Shown here piece after piece: positions 39,649 to 49,398 of a stretch of 63,124 nucleotides of DNA. Source of the stretch: Candidatus Micrarchaeota archaeon. GTDB lineage: Archaea; Micrarchaeota; Micrarchaeia; Anstonellales; Bilamarchaeaceae. The first letter of the stretch is position 1. Each line of letters starts with the position of its first letter. Under the pieces are notes generated by a model. It made no database searches and was not told the origin of the DNA. It saw only the letters and a program-made list of their open reading frames with translations. A program made the position numbers and the translations under genes. The stretch is taken from positions 1 to 63,124 of the forward strand of contig JBDRPL010000002.1 in assembly GCA_043827025.1 (NCBI GenBank), in the 5' to 3' direction.

Positions 39649-40647
39649 ATGTTAATCGGTCTTACTGGTGAAAATTGCTCTGGCAAGGGAACTACTGCTG
39701 AATACTTGATGAAAAAGGGCTTCCATTACTTATCATTATCCGACGTCATACGTGAAGAGCTTAAGGCACTGGGAAAGGAACCTACAAGAGATGTGATGAT
39801 TGAAAGGGGAAACGAACTTAGGAAGAAGTTCGGACCAGGCGTGCTTGCGCTTAAGACAATTGAAAAGCTTGACGGAGACAAAAACTACGTAATTGATTCC
39901 ATCAGGTTGGCTGGAGAAGTCAAGGAACTGAAAAAACGAAACGGATTCTATTTGGTTTATGTCACTGCGCCTCAGGAAATCAGGTTCGAAAGGATGAGGA
40001 ACCGCGAGAGGATGGGAGATCCTAAGACATTTGAAGAATTTTTGAGGCTTGAAAAAATAGAGGAAGAAAATGCTGACAAATCAAAGCAGAACCTCAAAGA
40101 GACTTCAAACCTGGCAGATAAAATAATTGTGAATAATGGGAATATGCACAGCCTCTATGATGGTGTTGATAGGACGTTGTCTGAAATTTCATCCGAATTC
40201 AAACTCATACGGCCGTCATGGGACGAGTATTTCATGAACATTGCAAAGGTCGTTGCAACAAGGAGCAATTGCATCAAGAGAAAGGTTGCTGCTATAATTG
40301 TAAAGGACAAAAGAATCATTTCAACTGGATATAACGGAACTCCGCGTGGAGTTAGAAACTGTTCTGACGGCGGATGCCCAAGATGCAATTCATTTGGAGA
40401 AAGTGGAAAAAACCTAAATGAATGTGTTTGTTCGCACGGAGAAGAAAATGCAATAGTCCAGGCATCATACCATGGAATCTCAATAAAAGACTCAACCATT
40501 TTTACAACATTCTCGCCATGCTTGTTATGCACAAAGATGATATTGAATTCAGGTATAAAGGAAGTTGTCTACAATGCAGAATATCCAATGAGCGAACTGT
40601 CGCTCAAGCTTTTGAAAGAAGCAGGAATACTTGTAAGGAAGCTATAG
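39649..40647 (+). CDS. dCMP deaminase fused to an N-terminal P-loop nucleotide-kinase-like domain
   Basis: GENCSGKG P-loop; RPSWDEYFM, HGEENA and PCLLC deaminase motifs. Confidence 0.9.
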   Translation: MLIGLTGENCSGKGTTAEYLMKKGFHYLSLSDVIREELKALGKEPTRDVMIERGNELRKKFGPGVLALKTIEKLDGDKNYVIDSIRLAGEVKELKKRNGFYLVYVTAPQEIRFERMRNRERMGDPKTFEEFLRLEKIEEENADKSKQNLKETSNLADKIIVNNGNMHSLYDGVDRTLSEISSEFKLIRPSWDEYFMNIAKVVATRSNCIKRKVAAIIVKDKRIISTGYNGTPRGVRNCSDGGCPRCNSFGESGKNLNECVCSHGEENAIVQASYHGISIKDSTIFTTFSPCLLCTKMILNSGIKEVVYNAEYPMSELSLKLLKEAGILVRKL

Positions 40648-41970
40648 AAAAAATCCCATGTTCCCATCATAAGTGCTCCATTGGATTGGCTTCAGGGATT
40701 CGTCTTTTCCTGGTTTTCTGAAAACATAAAGATGTTCATGTTTTAGAGGGAGGTATTTGGTCCCATCTTCAGAAAGGGCCCTGGTTAATCCCGTCATTCT
40801 TCCCATACTTGCACCTGTGCCTGGATCCCTACAGCCATGCTGTAGCTTTATGATATCATTATTCAGAACGAACCCCATACGCATGAAAGCCAATTTCAAT
40901 ACGTCAGAAAGAGGAATCTGATGGCAGCACTCGCGCATATCTCCGATTAAAAGAGCTGCCTTTTTGCCAAATTTCAAAAGCCTGAACAATTCATAAGCAA
41001 CACGCGTCATTTCTTCAACAAATTCATGCAATCTTCTCTTGGAGATTTGAGAAAGGTCTCCATCTACCTGGCTATATTTGATAATGTCCCCGTAAGGAGG
41101 ATGAAACATGATAAAATCAAATATGCCATTATCAAAAAGATGGAGATTCCTTGCATCACCTATGTACGTATGTTGAGTTATCCGATGTGGAAACTCTAGA
41201 GCTGCTAGAGCAACTTGAATTGCATCCGGATTGATATCCACCCCGACCCCTCTTCGATCCATAACTGCACACTCGATTAATGTGGTTCCTCCGCCAACCA
41301 TGGGATCAAGAACTAAATCACCTTCTTCTGTATATAATTCCAAAAGACGCCTTATTATATGAGGAGAGAAATTTCCTGGATAATTCCCATTGTGTGTTGC
41401 CCAAGAACCCCGATCCGGAAAGGACCAAACTGTTGACTCAGTGACAACTCTTTCATCCTCAGCTGGCTGGAGATGGCTTGGATCAAAATCAGGAGGTTCG
41501 ATTCTGACTGTCTTTTTACCCAAGGCAATAGGAGGTGCGTACTTGGCATCCCGCCTGGGAACTTGCCCCATTTTTCGAAATTTGCCTGGGACCAAATCAA
41601 TAACGTCAGCTGGAATCTGCGGCAGGCCAAGGTGTTTGGCTGCAGCAACAAATGCAAGCCCTCTTTCTCCGCAATATAAATCATTTCCAAGTTGAAATAA
41701 TTGCGGAAGAAAACCATCATCATGCAAATGCTGTCCGAAAGAATCAAGAGCTCCTGATTTTAAAAGTCGAACAAATGCCTCTAAACGAGCACTTCCAAAA
41801 AGAGTAGGTTGCCAATTGCCTTCAAAATCGCTAAATCTTTCAGACTGCCCATAAACACCAATGATCCCATCTGGAGAAACCATTTGCAATCCAATAGGCC
41901 TTCTGGGCATTGACCTTGCTCTGTCTGGAATTTGGCGCAATGCCTGAGCAACACGTGATCTAGAAGCCAT
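40642..41970 (-). CDS. SAM-dependent amino-methyltransferase (DNA N4/N6 or TRM11-like) with ParB-like N-terminal domain
   Basis: VLDPMVGGGTT motif I and FHPPY motif IV; N-terminal P.L.Q....Y....G...V.AA..LG...I.ADV. Confidence 0.75.
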   Translation of the reverse strand: MASRSRVAQALRQIPDRARSMPRRPIGLQMVSPDGIIGVYGQSERFSDFEGNWQPTLFGSARLEAFVRLLKSGALDSFGQHLHDDGFLPQLFQLGNDLYCGERGLAFVAAAKHLGLPQIPADVIDLVPGKFRKMGQVPRRDAKYAPPIALGKKTVRIEPPDFDPSHLQPAEDERVVTESTVWSFPDRGSWATHNGNYPGNFSPHIIRRLLELYTEEGDLVLDPMVGGGTTLIECAVMDRRGVGVDINPDAIQVALAALEFPHRITQHTYIGDARNLHLFDNGIFDFIMFHPPYGDIIKYSQVDGDLSQISKRRLHEFVEEMTRVAYELFRLLKFGKKAALLIGDMRECCHQIPLSDVLKLAFMRMGFVLNNDIIKLQHGCRDPGTGASMGRMTGLTRALSEDGTKYLPLKHEHLYVFRKPGKDESLKPIQWSTYDGNMGFFL

Positions 41971-42020
41971 TCCAAGAAGTTGTATGCTAAACTTTTAAAC
42001 TGTTGTGTGTAGATTATATT

Positions 42021-42089
42021 TGTGGCGTTGATGACACCGTCCCAGGCGAGTCGCAAGACAATGACCGTAAGAGTAGCTTCTTAGCCACA
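42021..42089 (+). ncRNA. C/D-box methylation guide sRNA
   Basis: Stem TGTGGC/GCCACA; C TTGATGA, 11-nt guide, D' GCGA, GTC-GCAA-GAC hairpin, C' ATGACCG, 12-nt guide, D CTTA; TTTTAAAC promoter upstream. Confidence 0.75.
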
Positions 42090-42153
42090 CATATTCATAC
42101 ATTTCAGGAAGACTTAAAATAATATCCAACATAAGTATTTTGGGGGTAAAACA

Positions 42154-42894
42154 ATGAAACTAGTTATCGAAGATGCATCATCATTAAAATCCGCAATAGA
42201 TTCTGTTGTCAACTTGGTCGAAGAAGGGCTTTTTGAGATAAAGCAGGATGGGCTCCATCTCAAGGCAATGGACCCTTCGCAGATTTCAATGATCTCGTTC
42301 AAAATGCCAAAAACCGCTTTTGTCGAATATAATCTTGAGGAAGAAACGAAGATAGGGCTTGACATAACCCAGCTGTCAAACATACTTTCAAGAGGCAAAA
42401 AAGGTGAAAAGGTAGAGCTTTCGCTTGAAGATGGAAGGCTGGTAATCAAATTCATAGCAGACAAACGAAAAAGGACTTTTAAAACTCCGCTGCTTGATGT
42501 AGGCGAATCGCTGCAAAGGGAACCGAAAATAGAATTTGGTAACTACGCAGTTGTTTCAGGAGATGCACTGAAAGAAGTGCTGAAGGATGCCAAACTTGTA
42601 AGCTCTCATGTAAAATTAATGCTTACCGCGAACAGCTTCATAGTGGAAGTCAGGGGAGATAACGGCGAAGTGAAGGCAGAATTCGAGAAAGGACAAGAAG
42701 TCTCTGAAATAAAGTCAAACACAAGCGCACGAGCCACATTTCCGCTCCAGTATCTTGAGGATATAGTAAAGGCAAGCAGCTCGAGTTCAGCCATAAAAAT
42801 CAACCTGGAGACTGACAGGCCTCTGAAAGTAGAATATTCAATTCATGGCGCAGAAGTAGCCTACTACCTTGCTCCGAGAATCGAAAGCGAGTAA
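42154..42894 (+). CDS. pcn: PCNA sliding clamp
   Basis: AMDPSQISM and C-terminal YYLAPRIE motifs. Confidence 0.95.
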   Translation: MKLVIEDASSLKSAIDSVVNLVEEGLFEIKQDGLHLKAMDPSQISMISFKMPKTAFVEYNLEEETKIGLDITQLSNILSRGKKGEKVELSLEDGRLVIKFIADKRKRTFKTPLLDVGESLQREPKIEFGNYAVVSGDALKEVLKDAKLVSSHVKLMLTANSFIVEVRGDNGEVKAEFEKGQEVSEIKSNTSARATFPLQYLEDIVKASSSSSAIKINLETDRPLKVEYSIHGAEVAYYLAPRIESE

Positions 42895-42931
42895 GCGTTT
42901 CTAATAAAAATATTGCGGCAGAATATATGGC

Positions 42932-43327
42932 ATGTTGGATTTTGAGACTTTCATTAGAAAGTACATAGTAATGCTCATTCTGATAAATGCAAGCGTATTC
43001 TTGTTTGCATTCTATACTGGAATGTGGGTCATAGGGATAGCCGTATTTCTCCTCGTAAATGGATTATTTTATATGGCATTCGGAAAAGAAGGGGAAGAAC
43101 TCTACGAACCTTCCAAACCCGACCAGGAAACACTCGCATTAAGAAAGGACGACGAGGAGATTATGAATGAAAATGAGAATCTAAAGACTCATCTCAGCGA
43201 TGTCAATAGAAGAATATACGATGAATTTGAAAATGAGTTCAGGAAAGTCCCTATTGAAGAGAGAACCGATAAGAAAGCGCATGAAATAATGAATGCCGTA
43301 AAAAGAAGATATGGAAGGGGAGATTAG
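42932..43327 (+). CDS. Hypothetical membrane protein
   Basis: Two N-terminal TMs plus a charged tail. Confidence 0.6.
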   Translation: MLDFETFIRKYIVMLILINASVFLFAFYTGMWVIGIAVFLLVNGLFYMAFGKEGEELYEPSKPDQETLALRKDDEEIMNENENLKTHLSDVNRRIYDEFENEFRKVPIEERTDKKAHEIMNAVKRRYGRGD

Positions 43328-43332
43328 CATAT

Positions 43333-44379
43333 TCAAAATTTGTGGATAACGCTGTCCAATTCTGCAAAATTCTCGTAGATTTGAATTCCCTTCTCTTTTA
43401 CAACTTCTCCGCTTACTTTTGCTTCGATTCCGTGCTTCTTTGCAATCCTGATTATTGAATCGGGTTGATCAGTTGCAACAATCATCCCATTCCCCATATT
43501 CCAGGTTTTATAAGCTTCATTGATAGGCACATTGCCAACATCCATACAATGATTCATCAACCTACATGGCCCAAATAGGTTGTCAAGTCTCGCACCCAAT
43601 CCACTTGGCTTAAGCATCCTTCCTAATTTACCAGGTATTCCTCCGCCAGTTATGTGTGCAACCCCGTGAAGTTTTCCAAGCATTTCGAGAACTGCCTTCG
43701 TGTAAATCTTGGACGGCTCAAGTGCTTCAAGAAGGGTTTTATTGTCCCATTTATCTTCCATTATTTTTCTCAGCAGCGAAAAACCATTTGACCTAAAACC
43801 TTTTTCTTTGAAAGAAACTAATTTATCTCCGACCTTGATTTCCTTTCCAGTGAACATGTTCTTCTTTTCTGCAAACCAGATAACTGCTGCACCCCAATTG
43901 TATGCATGACCGCCGAAACCCCCAACTCGTGAACCCAATTCCGCAATCTCTCCATTGATCACTGCAACATTTGCTTCCTTTGCAGCATTCACGTATCCTT
44001 TTGCAAGCTGTTTCACTACATTGAGATCGAGTTTGTTCACGTCAAGTATTGAACCAACGAGAACAGGCTCTCCTCCCCTTACAACAGCATCATCGCATAC
44101 CATTGCGAATAAATCGAAAGCCATTGTGTCATGCTTGTTCAATCTCTCTGCAATCTCTGCCTTTGTTCCGATTCCATCGAAATTAACACTCATCATTGTT
44201 CCTTTTGGAAGGGAAGAAACATCTATCGCCCTTAAACCTGAAAAATCATCGAATGGAATAACAATCTCACCAAACTTTCCCTTTCTATTCTCCCAGGTAA
44301 TTCGCGCAGCATTATACATGACCTTTGATGCATCATCACCTAATTCAATATTAACGCCAGATTCAGAATAAGTTGCCAT
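43333..44379 (-). CDS. purM: AIR synthetase
   Basis: YSESGVNI, DGIGTK, GEIAEL, HITGGG and TWNMG motifs. Confidence 0.9.
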   Translation of the reverse strand: MATYSESGVNIELGDDASKVMYNAARITWENRKGKFGEIVIPFDDFSGLRAIDVSSLPKGTMMSVNFDGIGTKAEIAERLNKHDTMAFDLFAMVCDDAVVRGGEPVLVGSILDVNKLDLNVVKQLAKGYVNAAKEANVAVINGEIAELGSRVGGFGGHAYNWGAAVIWFAEKKNMFTGKEIKVGDKLVSFKEKGFRSNGFSLLRKIMEDKWDNKTLLEALEPSKIYTKAVLEMLGKLHGVAHITGGGIPGKLGRMLKPSGLGARLDNLFGPCRLMNHCMDVGNVPINEAYKTWNMGNGMIVATDQPDSIIRIAKKHGIEAKVSGEVVKEKGIQIYENFAELDSVIHKF

Positions 44380-44479
44380 AAAAGGAATATGTGAAGAAGG
44401 GATTAAAACATGATGGTGACGCATGCGACATATAACACAATTTGATACTTTTTTAAACATTTGTGAATATTAAACCATC

Positions 44480-45451
44480 ATGAAACTCTTTAGACGAAAT
44501 ACTGCAAAGACACTCACACCCGAACAGATGGCAAGAAAAGAAGCAGTTGAAAGAAAAAATAGATTATTGAAATCCAACAGAAGGGCTCTGGGATATGAAG
44601 GAAAAAAGGAATTAGAATCACTCAGAAGAGAAGCAATGGTCTTCCATCAGAGATTTAATAACCGACCAAAGGGTGACTTGGCCCTAATACATGGCAGCGT
44701 AGAAAAAATCAGGCTTGCAATATTTGCCATAGATGCTTTGTCTATATCAAAAGGAAATTGGACCGAACAAACTCCAGTGCGCATAGAAAGACCAGAGATA
44801 TATAGAACTGCAGAAAAAGAATTGGATTGTGGAGAGCAAATTGCGGAAAATCGCCTTATGAGCAATAGACGGATACTCGAGGCAAGATTGGAGCATATTC
44901 TTGAGATTACAGAGAAACCAGGATTCCAATTCAATGAAGCAAAGGCAATCGGACAGGACATCAAAACAATATTAGAAACAAACCTAAGCTGGTTTGGGCT
45001 GGCAAGGCAAACATTTGGCCGCATATTTACAGTCGTCATTGCAACAGGCACAGCTCTGTGGATCAGCGGCGCAGTAACTGGTGGAAAAACAGCAGGGACA
45101 CTGATTGGCTTACTCAGCGATATCGCATATTCGCGAGTCATGATGGGCATATGCGCAATAGCTGCAGGAGCAGCATTAGCCTTTTACGTGATTGAAAACT
45201 TCAGCAAGGAATTGAAGCAATTGTTGAGTGCAAGAAGACTCATGGAACGAGATTACGAAAAAGAGCTGTTTAAACTATCACCAGAGATTTCAGCCATCAT
45301 TTACAAGGAATCGTGTGAAGTTGTCAGGGTTTCTCAAGAATATGTAAAGGATGTCCCAGGATTCCTGCGCGCTATTGCGGGTGAATTGCCCGAAGGAGAA
45401 AGGGCATGGGTAATGAGAAACCTAGAACATATTGAAAGAGAAACACAATAA
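44480..45451 (+). CDS. Hypothetical orphan protein with two central TMs
   Basis: Basic N-terminus MKLFRR; two hydrophobic segments. Confidence 0.6.
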   Translation: MKLFRRNTAKTLTPEQMARKEAVERKNRLLKSNRRALGYEGKKELESLRREAMVFHQRFNNRPKGDLALIHGSVEKIRLAIFAIDALSISKGNWTEQTPVRIERPEIYRTAEKELDCGEQIAENRLMSNRRILEARLEHILEITEKPGFQFNEAKAIGQDIKTILETNLSWFGLARQTFGRIFTVVIATGTALWISGAVTGGKTAGTLIGLLSDIAYSRVMMGICAIAAGAALAFYVIENFSKELKQLLSARRLMERDYEKELFKLSPEISAIIYKESCEVVRVSQEYVKDVPGFLRAIAGELPEGERAWVMRNLEHIERETQ

Positions 45452-45467
45452 ACAGATTCTCATGGAA

Positions 45468-46268
45468 TTACCTAAAGTATTCAACAGCATTCCTGAACAA
45501 TTTCATGTTCAATGATTCCTTCGGCATTCTCTTTCCTTCCCTTTTCAGCTGTTCTTTTAGCAATGTCCAACCATATTGATTGGTGAGGTCCATCGCTCTC
45601 TCAGCATGAGGCATTAAACCAAGCACTTTGCCATCTTCTGAAATTATTCCTGCAATGTCTTCAATTGCTCCGTTTGGATTGTATGGAAATTCGCCATTTG
45701 CCGGGCTTAGGTCTTCCTTCACATACTTAAATGCAATCATGCCCTTTTGCTTGATTTTATCAAGCACTTCATTTTCACAATAGAAATTGCCTTCGCCATG
45801 GGCAACTGGACAATGGATTCTCTCTATGCCTTTTGTCCAAAAGTTCTTTGCAACAGGCTTTATTGTAACGAATCTGCATTGAAAAACGCCTGACTCGTTT
45901 GGCATAAGCGCAGTTTCACGCTTGTATTCCTTTGCAAATGCCGGAACTATTCCAAGATTAACAAGTATCTGGAAGCCATTACATATCCCCATGACAAGAT
46001 TGTCGCCATCTAGGAAATCCTTCAGTTCTGACCAAAGATTATTTCTGACTCTGTTTGCATAGGCATTCCCTGCGCCAGTATCGTCACCATATGAGAATCC
46101 GCCTGGAAATATGGCAAGCCGATAATCCGAGAGTTTTTTTCTTTTATCAATCAAATCATTGATGTGAACAATATCAGACCCCATTCCGCATCGCTTAAGG
46201 ACTTCCTGAGTTTCCATCTCTGAATTGATCCCATATCCGCTCATGACCATTGCTTTGTCCATAATCAA
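45468..46268 (-). CDS. purQ: FGAM synthase glutaminase subunit
   Basis: PGGFSYGD, GICNGFQ and LMPHAER motifs. Confidence 0.93.
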   Translation of the reverse strand: MIMDKAMVMSGYGINSEMETQEVLKRCGMGSDIVHINDLIDKRKKLSDYRLAIFPGGFSYGDDTGAGNAYANRVRNNLWSELKDFLDGDNLVMGICNGFQILVNLGIVPAFAKEYKRETALMPNESGVFQCRFVTIKPVAKNFWTKGIERIHCPVAHGEGNFYCENEVLDKIKQKGMIAFKYVKEDLSPANGEFPYNPNGAIEDIAGIISEDGKVLGLMPHAERAMDLTNQYGWTLLKEQLKREGKRMPKESLNMKLFRNAVEYFR

Positions 46269-49246
46269 TACCTCTTGAAAGTTAATTTGTAAGAGTGTTC
46301 CATCTCATCAACAGAAACATTAACCAACTCGGTTGAAGGTGGCTTTCCGCCAACAACGCCATTGTTCCAATCAGGATCAGTGCTCATGACTACGAATCTG
46401 TTGCCATGCACTGTTCCAATGAATTCGAATTCCCCTGCCATTATCTTTTCAAATGATTCCTTGTTGCTCGGGTTAACAGTTACAACAAATCTGCCTTGCG
46501 ATTCTGAAAACAGATAGTAGTCATGCCTCACATCCTTCTTTAGCTTAAGCGAGATGTGCATTCCAAGTCTTCCGGCAATTGCAACCTTTGCAAGCGCAAT
46601 TCCAAGGCCACCGTAATTTACTGCATAACAAGATGCAATCAATTCTTTCTTGATTGCCTTTGACATCTTCTTGTATCTTTTCTTTGCAGCACTTGCATTC
46701 AGTTTTGGAATGTTTGAGCCGATCTGGCCAAAAGAAGCAAGATATTCTGATGCACCCGTCTCAGTTGAATTCGTTTCGCCGACAACATAAACAAGATCGC
46801 CTTCGAACTTGGCATCCATGGTTACTGCCTTTTTCACGTCATCGATAACCCCCATTGACGAGATAAGAAGAGTCGGTGGAACCGAAACTTTCACAGGATT
46901 GTCATTCTCATCATAACCCTTGAAATCATTGAACATGCTATCCTTTCCTGAGATGAAAGGCGTTTGGAACTTGGTTGCATAATCATAGCATGCCTTTGCA
47001 GCTCTTTTCAATTGCCAAAGCCTTTCAGGCTCATTTGACGAGCACCAGCAGAAATTATCTAAGAGTGCAATCTTGTCAAGTGGAATTCCGATTGAAATAA
47101 GTCCGCGTATCGCAGTGTCAATTCCAGCTGCTGCCATATAGTACGCATCTAAGTCAGAATAGGAGGGATAAACTCCCTGGGAAAGGCCTACTGCCTTTGG
47201 TGAATCAAGTACTACTTTTGTCAATGATGACATTCCCTGAACTCGTCCTTTTCCCTGAACTGGACCAATGACATGTCCGCCTTGAACCGTGTGGTCGTAT
47301 TGAGTGGAGATAAATTCCTTTGAGCATATGTTCGGCCTTGCAAGCAATTCAACCAAAGCCCTGTTAAGGTCAGATGGACATGAAAACTCCGCAGAATTCT
47401 CAATAATTACTGGTGGCATGCGTTTTGTCTTGAGTTGTTTTTTAGGAGTGCCTTCATGCAAGAACTCAAGTTCAATGTCCATTATCTTCTTTCCCTTGTA
47501 TTCAACAACGCATTTTCCTGAATCATTGAACTCACCGATGACAGTTGATTCTACCTCGCGCCTTCGCATCAAATCCATAAATTCGTCCAATTTATTTTGA
47601 GGTATTGCAAGAGTCATCCTCTCTTGTGACTCAGAAATCCATATCTCCCATGGAGCCATCCCTGGATATTTCAATGGGACCGCATCTAAGTAAACATGAC
47701 AGCCATTGCATTCCCTTGCCATTTCTGCTACTGAACATGAAATACCTCCAGCGCCATTATCAGTTATACTATTATAGAGTCCAAGATCCCTTGCTTCCTT
47801 TACAATTGCATCACTTAACTTCTTTTGAGTAATAGGGTCGCCGATTTGGACAGCAGTTGCAGGACTGCCAGAATCCATTGCCTCTGATGAGAAAGTTGCA
47901 CCATGTATTCCGTCTTTTCCAACCTTTCCACCGATGACAACTATCCTATCGCCAGGCTTTGCAGATTTCTCATATAATTTCTTTCCATTTAATTCTCGTG
48001 GCATTATTCCTACTGTGCCTACAAAGACAAGTGGCTTTCCGCAGAACCTTGGCTCAAAATAGCACCAGCCTTGCGGTGTTGGAATGCCTGAGCAATTGCC
48101 TCCAGCATTCACCCCATCCACCACACCGCTCATTATCTGCCTTGGCGGAATTATTGGATTTGCTTTGTTTTTTCCACGGTAAAGCTTTGGATTTGCCCTA
48201 GGATCAGCAAAGCAATAACCATAGTAGTTAAGTGCAGGCTTTGCACCTAAACCAAAGCCAATTGTATCTCGATTAACTCCGACAATTCCAGTTATTGCAC
48301 CGCCGAATGGGTCAAGAGCTGAAGGAGAATTATGCGTCTCTACTTTGTGAGTTACTAAATATTTGTCATCGAAAACTATGGCGCCGGAATTATCAACGAA
48401 AACTGAAAGGCAGATGTCTTTGTCTCCTTTCTTCTCACGAATCTTGTTTGTAGCTGCTTTGATATAAGTCTTGTAAAGCCCATCTGGCACATCCTTGTCA
48501 AGAGAAGCTGCGAATATCGTGTGTTTGCAGTGCTCGCTCCAGGTCTGGGCCAATGATTCTACTTCAAGATCAGTTGGTTTTCTCCCTTTTCCTCTAAAGT
48601 ATGCTTGGATTGCATGTAGATAATCAAGGTCAAGTGCAAGCGGACCTCGCCTCTGGCCTGTTTGTTTATCTGCGATACCCTCCTTTCCAATCCTTGCCAA
48701 TTCTTCATCGCTTACTTCAAGGTCAACTTCCTCTGCTTTAGGAAATTCGTGGAGCTTGACTTTTGGAACTACAATGCCCATTCCCTTGTCGCTATACTCC
48801 TCTTTTGTCTTTACACTAATTCTTTGGATCAATGGATTGGCTAATGTCTCACCAAGCTTGTGCATCTCTTCTTTTGATAAATTGCCTTTGAACAAAAACA
48901 GTTTGGAAGAGTAAACGCCTTCTTCAGAAGCGAAATTCACTTTGAAGAAATCCTCTACGATCTGCCTTGCGGTGCTTCCAACATTGTCCGTTACGCCAGG
49001 TAAGAAGCCCACTTCAATTGCAAAACCAAAATCACCATGAGTTGCCTTGTCTATGACAAATTGTTGCATAACTGGATTGACAAGCTGCTCCCCCAGTTGG
49101 ACAAGTTGGTCATGGGAGAATTCCCTAGAAATAGTATAAACTTCGACCAATCTGACATCATCAACATTAAAGCCAAGGGACCTTAGTTTTTCAGTCCTTC
49201 CCTTTATTCTTGCATCAATCTTATAGCTAATCTCGATTCTATGCAT
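46265..49246 (-). CDS. purL: FGAM synthase PurL with fused N-terminal PurS-like region
   Basis: QTWSEHCKH, ETHNSPS, DNGAGG, SESQERM; about 170-aa N-terminal extension. Confidence 0.93.
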   Translation of the reverse strand: MHRIEISYKIDARIKGRTEKLRSLGFNVDDVRLVEVYTISREFSHDQLVQLGEQLVNPVMQQFVIDKATHGDFGFAIEVGFLPGVTDNVGSTARQIVEDFFKVNFASEEGVYSSKLFLFKGNLSKEEMHKLGETLANPLIQRISVKTKEEYSDKGMGIVVPKVKLHEFPKAEEVDLEVSDEELARIGKEGIADKQTGQRRGPLALDLDYLHAIQAYFRGKGRKPTDLEVESLAQTWSEHCKHTIFAASLDKDVPDGLYKTYIKAATNKIREKKGDKDICLSVFVDNSGAIVFDDKYLVTHKVETHNSPSALDPFGGAITGIVGVNRDTIGFGLGAKPALNYYGYCFADPRANPKLYRGKNKANPIIPPRQIMSGVVDGVNAGGNCSGIPTPQGWCYFEPRFCGKPLVFVGTVGIMPRELNGKKLYEKSAKPGDRIVVIGGKVGKDGIHGATFSSEAMDSGSPATAVQIGDPITQKKLSDAIVKEARDLGLYNSITDNGAGGISCSVAEMARECNGCHVYLDAVPLKYPGMAPWEIWISESQERMTLAIPQNKLDEFMDLMRRREVESTVIGEFNDSGKCVVEYKGKKIMDIELEFLHEGTPKKQLKTKRMPPVIIENSAEFSCPSDLNRALVELLARPNICSKEFISTQYDHTVQGGHVIGPVQGKGRVQGMSSLTKVVLDSPKAVGLSQGVYPSYSDLDAYYMAAAGIDTAIRGLISIGIPLDKIALLDNFCWCSSNEPERLWQLKRAAKACYDYATKFQTPFISGKDSMFNDFKGYDENDNPVKVSVPPTLLISSMGVIDDVKKAVTMDAKFEGDLVYVVGETNSTETGASEYLASFGQIGSNIPKLNASAAKKRYKKMSKAIKKELIASCYAVNYGGLGIALAKVAIAGRLGMHISLKLKKDVRHDYYLFSESQGRFVVTVNPSNKESFEKIMAGEFEFIGTVHGNRFVVMSTDPDWNNGVVGGKPPSTELVNVSVDEMEHSYKLTFKRY

Positions 49247-49398
49247 AGGAACACCACAAAATAAAATGAGCATATGTTGGTAAAAACAACTTATAAATAC
49301 TCCATCTGCCTATTTCTGCACAATTCGTCAAAAGACGTAATGAGACAAAGGATTATAAAGTCCTTTGCCATAAATAAAATAAGTAGTGAGGCGAAATT

